This document shows positions 1-6,065 of a stretch of 6,377 bases of DNA, in pieces. The DNA comes from Enterobacteriaceae endosymbiont of Donacia provostii (GTDB taxonomy: Bacteria > Pseudomonadota > Gammaproteobacteria > Enterobacterales > Enterobacteriaceae). A program made the translations under genes and the position numbers. Within the stretch, counting starts at the first letter, position 1, and every line of letters begins with the position of its first letter. Location: contig NZ_CP046207.1 of NCBI RefSeq assembly GCF_012570145.1, forward strand, positions 1 to 6,377, given 5' to 3'. The notes beneath the pieces were generated by a model. That model did not search any database, was not told the origin of the DNA, and saw nothing but the letters and a program-made list of their open reading frames with translations.

Positions 1-87
1 ATGAAAAAAAAAATCTACTACATCTTTAAAGAGATAAAAAAGATAATCTTATTTTATGTAATTATTAATCTGTTAGCTACACAAGCT
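1..87 (+). other. Predicted Sec signal peptide of the adhesin (cleavage after TQA, residue 29)
   Basis: MKKKIYYIFKEIKK (basic n-region), IILFYVIINLLA (hydrophobic core), then T-Q-A / I, a small-x-small cleavage motif. Judged by eye only. Confidence 0.55.
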
Positions 88-2829
88 ATCTATACTAAAA
101 CAATAATTAAGAATAAAATTATAAAAAAAGAAAAACAAAATGTTAACTTCTATGTGAACAAAAATAGAATTAATAATCTTAGAAAAGAAATTTATCTAAA
201 TGTATTAGAAAATCAATATAAATCATTCTTAATATTAATTAGAAAAAAATTAGAATCTAAAAATAATAAAAATACAAATATTTTGATAAATGAAGAAACC
301 AATAATGTTTTGCAAAACTTGTTTTTTAAAAAATCTTTAGAAGAAGATGAAATAAAATGGAGTAATATAAAGAAAAATTATCATAGTAATTATTCAGGAA
401 GATCAAGTTATATTTCAGACATATATAAAACAAATATACAAAGTAATGATGATTCTGAGAATAATATTTTTAATTTATTTTTTTTAGCGAAAAAAAAATT
501 CTCTAATAGAGAAGTATTTATAGAAAATATAAAGTCTAACATTTTAAATAGATTCAATTTAAAACTTAATAACATAGTTAAATTAACTATGTATAGGATA
601 TTTGAAAAATTTCAGTTAAATGGAAAATCTTTAGTTAAGATAAATTTAAATGATAATTTGAATCTGAATAATTCAGAACTAGATTTATTATTTCCTTTTA
701 TAGAAAAGGAAGATTATATTCTTTTTATACAAAATAGTATACATAGAACAGACAATAGAAATCAAAATAACTTAGGTTTTGGATTGAGAAAACTATCATT
801 AGACAATAAGTACTTATTAGGAATAAATAGTTTTTTAGACTATGATATATCTTTAGATAATACAAGAGTTAGTTTAGGTTTAGAATTATGGGGTGAGTTT
901 TTTAAAATTAGTGCTAATACATATTATGGATTAAGTAGATGGTGGCATCAAAATAAAAGTTTTTTATATACGGAAAAAAATAATAATTTATATGATAATA
1001 TAAATGATGATGAATTTTTTTCAAAACCTGCTGCAGGATGGGATATTAATGCAGAAGGGTATTTTTTAAAGTTACCAGAAATATTATTTAAATTAAGTTA
1101 TACAAAATATTATGGAAACATAGGATTTAAACAAAGTGATTTTTTAGAAAAACATGAAAAATTATTTTCTCCTTCAATTTATTCATTTAGTATTAAATAC
1201 ACTCCTATTCCTGTTTTATCTTTTGTTATAGAAAAAATAAAAACTAATTATGGTAAAGATAATATTCAATTTGGAGGGTATTTAAATCTAAAATTAAATT
1301 CATCTTTTAGTGATCAAATACATAATAAAGTACATAATATATTTTCATCATCTTATGATAATAGATATGATTTTGTGAAAAGAGATAATAATATTGTTTT
1401 AAAATATAGAAAAAAATTTTTGATTAAATTATCAACAAAAAAAGAAATTTCAGGATATCCTAAAAGTGAACATTCTTTAGGACTAATAATTAATTCTGTA
1501 AACAAAAATATTAATATAAGTTTTCATAGTCAAGATAGTTTTTTTAGAAATGGAGGTTCTATGAAAATTCTTAATGGTGACTACATAATTAAATTACCTA
1601 GTTATGATTTTAAAAAAACACAAAATAATTCTTATAAAGTTAAAGTAATAGCTTATGATGCATTAAGTAACCGTAATGATATTTCTTATATCAAAATTAA
1701 TGTTATTTATCCATTAATAGATAAAAATAATTCTAATTTTAGTATTTACCCTAATTATATATTAATAAATTCCGAAGAGGCAAAAGTTACTTTTGATGCT
1801 AGAGATGTAAATAACGAACCCTTAATAAATATAAAAAATATTAGTTTTGTAGTTGAAAATGGTAATTTTCCTCGTCTTTATAATATAAAAATTAGTAAAG
1901 TACATGAAAATCCTAAAGGAACTTATACTGCAATTCTTAAAAGTTTAACTCCTGGAACAGCTTTAATAAGAGTAAAGATTAATGATGTTTGTAATAAGGA
2001 AATTGGTGCAAAAATTCATGTTACTAATGCATATACAGATAATATGCAAGTTGTAACTACTCCTTCTAATTTATTGTTGAAGGTAAATGAATCTTTTCAT
2101 TTTCTGATAAAAGTTTTTGATAAACATGGTAAGGGTATACCTTCTTCTGAAGTTAAAATAACTAAAGTAATAGCTATGGATCGAGCAGGATATGTTAGAG
2201 AAGATAATGGAGATTATCATTTTGATGATTTAACTAATAATACATCTTATGATGGTAATCATTTTATATCTTATACAAATAAAGATGGGGAATTAAAAGT
2301 TAAAGTTTCTGATCCTCATGGTATTGGAGTACGTACTTTTTTTAAAATTAGTGCAGACGATTGTGTTAGTAAAGAAATTTCTGTAGTTTTTTCTGTTCCT
2401 ACTAGTCCTAAAAGTGTATATGCTAAAATGTATGGTCATATGCCAGATTTTATATCTGTAAATAATTTGAAATTTTATAGACCTACATTATCTACTGAAC
2501 GTACAGGAGATCAAGTAAATCATTATTTAAATGAAGATTGGGCAAAATTTACTTGGTATAATGCTGAAGAATTTTGTAAATCAAGAAATTTAAGATTACC
2601 TACTAAAGAAGAACTATTAGATTTCTATCATATCCATTCAGGAAATGATTTATTAAGTAATTATGGGTGGCCTATAGTTGATAGATTTAATAGTGCTTGG
2701 AGTTCTTCTGCTATAAGAAATATGTATTTTCATGATCCTTTACATTTTTATGTTGATTTTTTAAATGATAAAATGGATAAAGAAATTGTTAGTGATGCCT
2801 TAGTTGTTTTTTGTGTTCAAGATAGTTAA
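1..2829 (+). CDS. Intimin/invasin-family inverse autotransporter adhesin (942 aa): signal peptide, N/K-rich low-complexity linker, inverse-autotransporter beta-barrel, about 3 bacterial Ig-like domains, C-terminal C-type-lectin-like domain
   Basis: Uninterrupted 942-codon ORF starting at the ATG at position 1. Residues ~258-470 (LGFGLRKL...LLGINSFLDYDISLDNTRVSLGLELWGEFFKISANTYYGLSRWW...KPAAGWDINAEGYFLKLPEILFKLSYTKYYGN...RDNNIVLKYRK; nt ~772-1410) match the conserved intimin/invasin beta-domain pattern as I recall it (NxFfDyd..R.slG.E.w.d.l.lsaN.Y..lS.W...ERpA.GfDi.a.gyLP..P.L..kl.y..YyG). Residues ~472-797 show Big-domain-like strand patterning (YKVKVIAYDALSNRNDISYIKINV; GTYTAILKSLTPGTALIRVKIND; TNKDGELKVKVSDPHG). 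Residues ~800-942 (nt 2398-2826) align with the intimin D3 / invasin D5 lectin-like domain: FTWYNAEEFCKSRNLRLPTKEELLDFY against intimin VTYNDAVNTCKNFGGKLPSSQNELENVF, and C-terminal VVFCVQDS against AYATCVK. No LysM-like segment is visible. Confidence 0.85.
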   Translation: MKKKIYYIFKEIKKIILFYVIINLLATQAIYTKTIIKNKIIKKEKQNVNFYVNKNRINNLRKEIYLNVLENQYKSFLILIRKKLESKNNKNTNILINEETNNVLQNLFFKKSLEEDEIKWSNIKKNYHSNYSGRSSYISDIYKTNIQSNDDSENNIFNLFFLAKKKFSNREVFIENIKSNILNRFNLKLNNIVKLTMYRIFEKFQLNGKSLVKINLNDNLNLNNSELDLLFPFIEKEDYILFIQNSIHRTDNRNQNNLGFGLRKLSLDNKYLLGINSFLDYDISLDNTRVSLGLELWGEFFKISANTYYGLSRWWHQNKSFLYTEKNNNLYDNINDDEFFSKPAAGWDINAEGYFLKLPEILFKLSYTKYYGNIGFKQSDFLEKHEKLFSPSIYSFSIKYTPIPVLSFVIEKIKTNYGKDNIQFGGYLNLKLNSSFSDQIHNKVHNIFSSSYDNRYDFVKRDNNIVLKYRKKFLIKLSTKKEISGYPKSEHSLGLIINSVNKNINISFHSQDSFFRNGGSMKILNGDYIIKLPSYDFKKTQNNSYKVKVIAYDALSNRNDISYIKINVIYPLIDKNNSNFSIYPNYILINSEEAKVTFDARDVNNEPLINIKNISFVVENGNFPRLYNIKISKVHENPKGTYTAILKSLTPGTALIRVKINDVCNKEIGAKIHVTNAYTDNMQVVTTPSNLLLKVNESFHFLIKVFDKHGKGIPSSEVKITKVIAMDRAGYVREDNGDYHFDDLTNNTSYDGNHFISYTNKDGELKVKVSDPHGIGVRTFFKISADDCVSKEISVVFSVPTSPKSVYAKMYGHMPDFISVNNLKFYRPTLSTERTGDQVNHYLNEDWAKFTWYNAEEFCKSRNLRLPTKEELLDFYHIHSGNDLLSNYGWPIVDRFNSAWSSSAIRNMYFHDPLHFYVDFLNDKMDKEIVSDALVVFCVQDS

Positions 2830-2918
2830 CTTAATTTTTTTTGATTAAAGACAATTTTTATTTAAAATAAATGTCATATAATATTCATATATTTATTATA
2901 AATATGAATTAATTTAAA

Positions 2919-3011
2919 ATGAATAATTTATTTTATAGGCATGTTAAAAATATTTTTTTTAATAGTATATTTATAATTACAGTTTTATTTTTTCATACAC
3001 ATGTATATGCA
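2919..3011 (+). other. Predicted Sec signal peptide of the polygalacturonase (cleavage after VYA, residue 31)
   Basis: MNNLFYRHVKN (basic n-region), IFFNSIFIITVLFF (hydrophobic core), then H-V-Y-A / QDT. Similarity to mature PehA starts shortly downstream. Judged by eye only. Confidence 0.6.
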
Positions 3012-4199
3012 CAAGATACACGTGCTGTTCATGAACCAGTAATACCTAAAGTATGTAAAATATTAATAGCAGATAATAAAAAAGATTTTACTAATGAAAT
3101 TAATAATGCTATTGTAGGTTGTGCTAAACAACATAAGATAATTAGCTTATTACCTTCCAGTAAAGGAGATAATTATTTTTTTTCAGGACCTATTATTATT
3201 CCATCTTTTGGTGGAATTTTAATTAATAAGGGAGTTATACTTTCAGCAATTAATGATCCTAACTTATATGATAAGGGTAATCAAATATGTGGAGAGTTAG
3301 ATAATATAGGTAAAGGATGTAATCCCTTTATAACTTTAAAAGGGGAAAATAGTGGTTTATATGGAGAAGGATATATTGACGGTCAAGGGGGTAGTATATT
3401 AAAAAATAAGAAATATACTTGGTGGCAATTAGCTACAGAAGCAAAAATTAAACATAAAAAACAAAATAATCCTCATTTAATTGATATTAAGTCAGGAAAA
3501 AATATATCTATATACAAATTACATTTAATAAATTCTCCCAATTTTCATATTGTACCCTATAATACAAATGGTTTAACTATTTGGGGTATAGAAATAAATA
3601 CTCCTTCTGATGCTCGTAATACTGATGGTATAGATCCCTCTTCTTCTCAAAATATAACAATTACACATTCTAATATTAATACAGGAGATGATAATATAGC
3701 TATTAAAGCTGGTAAAAATGGGCCATCTAAACATATATCTATAATAGATAATAATTTTGGTCATGGACATGGTATGTCAATAGGAAGTGAAACAAATAGT
3801 GGAGTTAGTAATGTTCTTGTTAAAAATTTAACATTACAAAATGCAACTAATGGAATTAGAATTAAAAGTGATATTACTAGAGGGGGATTAGTTACTGATA
3901 TTTATTATGAAAATGTTTGTATTTTTAATGTTAAAAATCCTATTATTTTAGATACTCATTATAGTGGCAAAATAAGTGAAGATAAAAATATACCAAGATT
4001 TAAAAATATTTTCTTCCAAAATGTTGAAGTTTTAACTCCTGGAGTATTAAAATTTGATGGATTAGATGAAGATAATATGATTGAGGTTTTTGTAAATAAT
4101 CTTCATGTAAGAAGTGGATCTTCATGGGTTAAAAATAATGTTATAATTCATGGTAATATTGATAATATAATCGATATAGATATTTGTAGGAAGTATTAA
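2919..4199 (+). CDS. pehA: Secreted endo-polygalacturonase, glycoside hydrolase family 28 (PehA-like pectinase), 426 aa
   Basis: All four GH28 signature motifs are in frame: NTDG at nt 3618-3629 (N234), GDD at 3684-3692 (G256-D258), GHGMSIGS from 3765, RIK at 3858-3866 (R314). Long collinear similarity to Pectobacterium PehA as recalled: FFSGPIIIPSFGGILINKGVIL / FLSGPLSLPSGVSLLIDKGVTL; CGELDNIGKGCNPFIT / CGVVDKNGKGCDAFIT; GYIDGQGG / GTIDGQGG; WWQLATEAKIKHKKQNNPHLI / WWELAADAKVKKLKQNTPRLI; LINSPNFHIV / LINSPNFHVV; ARNTDGIDP and TGDDNIAIKA are identical. The paired cysteines C46/C68 and C124/C134 are retained. An N-terminal signal peptide is present. Confidence 0.93.
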   Translation: MNNLFYRHVKNIFFNSIFIITVLFFHTHVYAQDTRAVHEPVIPKVCKILIADNKKDFTNEINNAIVGCAKQHKIISLLPSSKGDNYFFSGPIIIPSFGGILINKGVILSAINDPNLYDKGNQICGELDNIGKGCNPFITLKGENSGLYGEGYIDGQGGSILKNKKYTWWQLATEAKIKHKKQNNPHLIDIKSGKNISIYKLHLINSPNFHIVPYNTNGLTIWGIEINTPSDARNTDGIDPSSSQNITITHSNINTGDDNIAIKAGKNGPSKHISIIDNNFGHGHGMSIGSETNSGVSNVLVKNLTLQNATNGIRIKSDITRGGLVTDIYYENVCIFNVKNPIILDTHYSGKISEDKNIPRFKNIFFQNVEVLTPGVLKFDGLDEDNMIEVFVNNLHVRSGSSWVKNNVIIHGNIDNIIDIDICRKY

Positions 4200-4855
4200 T
4201 TTTTTTTTAAAACTAGAAAAGTAGTTTCATTATTTTTTTTATTTGATATATTTTTTTTTATAATATATAGATTATAAAATCTAGCAGCTATTTCATTTCC
4301 AATAGCTGCTAGATTATCTTGTGAAGAAGAATTTTTAATGAAATTCATAGCAAAAGATGTACTTGAACAGTATTTTATTTCCCATAGTGGATGTTCTTTT
4401 ATAAAAGAACTACATTGTTTTAATGGTTCTTTATGGCTATAGATTTTTTTTATTTTATTTAAAAAAATATTTTTTTTTTTGGTAACTAAACAGTTTTTAA
4501 TGGGTAACTTTATAGTTGTTTTTATTTTTACATAAGTACTATTTTTCTTTAAGTATTTTAATACTTCTTTAATAATTCCTGTATGATTATTTATTATAGG
4601 AACTATAGCTATTTGAATTATACCTGTTTTAATATGTAAAAAAATTTCATTAAAATTATGACAACTTACATTAATAATTTTTTTTTTAAAAAAAAAATTA
4701 TTAATGTAAGTTAATACAGCTAGATGAGAATAACTATATAATGGACCTAAAAAAGCAATGATCTTTTCTTTATTTTGATTATTTAAATTTAAAAAGATAT
4801 TTTTTATATCACTTATATTATTATTAATAATAATATTGTTATTTTTATTTAACAT
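4196..4855 (-). CDS. pheA: Prephenate dehydratase, stand-alone PDT domain (219 aa): a pheA P-protein derivative lacking both the chorismate mutase and the ACT regulatory domains
   Basis: Collinear with the PDT domain of E. coli PheA (about residues 100-285) as recalled: [19 protein letters not shown] / [36 protein letters not shown] / [50 protein letters not shown] / [47 protein letters not shown] / [22 protein letters not shown] / NFTRFVVL. The Thr equivalent to catalytic T278 is kept. Only 31 N/I-rich residues precede the PDT domain, and the stop comes 3 codons after FLVL, where the ACT domain would begin. Confidence 0.87.
   Translation of the reverse strand: [219 protein letters not shown]
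4278..4315. repeat. Perfect 15-bp inverted repeat with an 8-nt loop inside the 3' part of pheA (possible terminator for the convergent pectinase transcript, or a protein-binding palindrome)
   Basis: AATCTAGCAGCTATT (4278-4292), loop TCATTTCC (4293-4300), AATAGCTGCTAGATT (4301-4315). The arms are exact reverse complements. Each arm contains TAGCAGCTA, which matches the iteron core TAGCAGGTA at 8 of 9 positions. The function is not established. Confidence 0.4.
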
Positions 4856-4915
4856 ATGTATTTATATAAATAGTTTTATTTCATCATAACATAAATTATA
4901 TTTAAAGTAAAATTG

Positions 4916-5779
4916 TCATTTTTTAATAACATGTACAATATCATTTTTATCTATCCAACAACTCCATCCTGTAACTAATGAAACTTCAAATAAAGATTTT
5001 TTTAGAATTTGTCTAAACTTCCATAAAATAATAATTTTACTTCCACATAAGTTTTTTAAAGTTATTACCTTATAATATAAGGGGACATTATGAGTACAAT
5101 AAAAACAATGTATCCATTGCGATAATGGTCTTTTTTTTAGCTTTTTTCTTTCTTTTAAAGAAATTATAGTCCAAATAGATTGAGTAAAGAAAGATATTAT
5201 ATTTTTATTTAAAAAAATAACATTTTTTTTAGTTTTATCATTTCTATACCATTCTTGTAACAGATGACCTATATAGAAATAATCTCTATAATTAATTTCT
5301 ATACTACAGATAGATAACCTAATTAAAGATGATTTTAACCATTCATAGTCTTTTTTACCTGTTTTTCTATCTATGGATTTTAAAAAAGAATAAGATGAAA
5401 AAATAACTTTTTCTCCAAATGGTACTTTTGAAAATCGATACAAACATTCTAACCATACATCTAAATCTGATTGATCTAAACTTTCTCCAGTAAATTTTAT
5501 AATAAAATCATTTAGTGATGTTTTTAAGATATTTCTTTCATATCTTCTATATCCTTTTTTTAAAATACCAAATAAAGAACTACGTAAGATAATATTAGGT
5601 ACAGCTCTTCTATTTTTTGAGATATTTGGAAAAAAATTTTGTATATTAATACTTTTTTTTTTTCTCAAACATAGTTCTTTTTTTTTTTCTTTTTTTTTTG
5701 TTTTTTTTTTATTTATAACATTACTTTTATTAATGAGTAAACGAATTCTTTCGTAAAAATTTTTTTTTTTTTTATACAT
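4916..5779 (-). CDS. trfA: TrfA-family plasmid replication initiator (287 aa, about the size of RK2 TrfA-33)
   Basis: Collinear with RK2 TrfA as recalled: RRAVPNIILRSSLFG / MRAMPNDTARSALFT; IKFTGESLDQSDLDVWLECLYRFSKVPFGEKVIFSSYSFLKSI / ITYTGVELRADDDELVWQQVLEYAKRTPIGEPITFTFYELCQDL; LIRLSICSIEI / LSRLQATAMGF; LKNLCGS / FRLMCGS; C-terminal LVTGWSCWIDKNDIVHVIKK / LVEHAWVNDDLVHCKR. It ends in TGA (plus strand 4916-4918) at the same relative position as RK2 TrfA. An iteron array lies upstream. Confidence 0.88.
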   Translation of the reverse strand: MYKKKKNFYERIRLLINKSNVINKKKTKKKEKKKELCLRKKKSINIQNFFPNISKNRRAVPNIILRSSLFGILKKGYRRYERNILKTSLNDFIIKFTGESLDQSDLDVWLECLYRFSKVPFGEKVIFSSYSFLKSIDRKTGKKDYEWLKSSLIRLSICSIEINYRDYFYIGHLLQEWYRNDKTKKNVIFLNKNIISFFTQSIWTIISLKERKKLKKRPLSQWIHCFYCTHNVPLYYKVITLKNLCGSKIIILWKFRQILKKSLFEVSLVTGWSCWIDKNDIVHVIKK

Positions 5780-6065
5780 ATAAAATATATTGATTTAAAA
5801 TATTCTAATTTCAAATCAAAAAATGGATAATTTTTATAGTATTTTAAATATACTGTAATTTATAGAGTAATACTATTTTTTTTCACTCTCCGTAAAAGTT
5901 TAAAACAATATTATTTTCTACTAAAGCTATATATGAATTAAATAAAAGATTTATTATTAATAAAAACATCCTATAAAAATAATAATTAAGGTTAATTATA
6001 TCTTTTTTTTTTTATATGTCAAGATAATTTAATAAAATTTTTAAAAATCATATTTTATTCTAATT

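Noticed and set aside
2883-2909. A/T palindrome ATTCATAT...ATATGAAT just upstream of the pectinase start, and a similar ATAATTAA-GG-TTAATTAT at 5982-5999
   Set aside because: The arms are only 8 bp and almost entirely A/T, which is expected by chance at this composition. Neither has supporting context as an operator or terminator.
3573-3770. 65-aa minus-strand ORF nested antisense within the polygalacturonase gene
   Set aside because: It overlaps the best-conserved catalytic core of the GH28 gene (NTDG to GHG) on the opposite strand and has no recognisable motifs. It is short enough to be a chance shadow ORF opposite a real gene.
4883-4911. Sigma70-like promoter on the minus strand between trfA and pheA (TTTACT, 17 nt, TATGAT)
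   Set aside because: The hexamers and spacing are reasonable, but in roughly 80% A+T DNA such matches arise constantly by chance. It cannot be told apart from background without transcript mapping. The same applies to the TATAAT at 2877-2882 upstream of the pectinase, which lacks a properly spaced -35.
4916-4918. Possible UGA-to-Trp recoding (genetic code 4), as in some tiny-genome symbionts
   Set aside because: trfA ends at a TGA that aligns with the natural C-terminus of RK2 TrfA. Trp is encoded by TGG throughout the four genes, and all ORFs are intact under the standard bacterial code, so there is no sign of recoding.
5822-5830. DnaA box candidate AATGGATAA (complement TTATCCATT)
   Set aside because: It matches the TTATCCACA consensus at only 7 of 9 positions, occurs as a single copy, and sits in A/T-rich DNA. 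This is not enough to call a DnaA box, so it is mentioned only as a hypothesis under the spacer finding.
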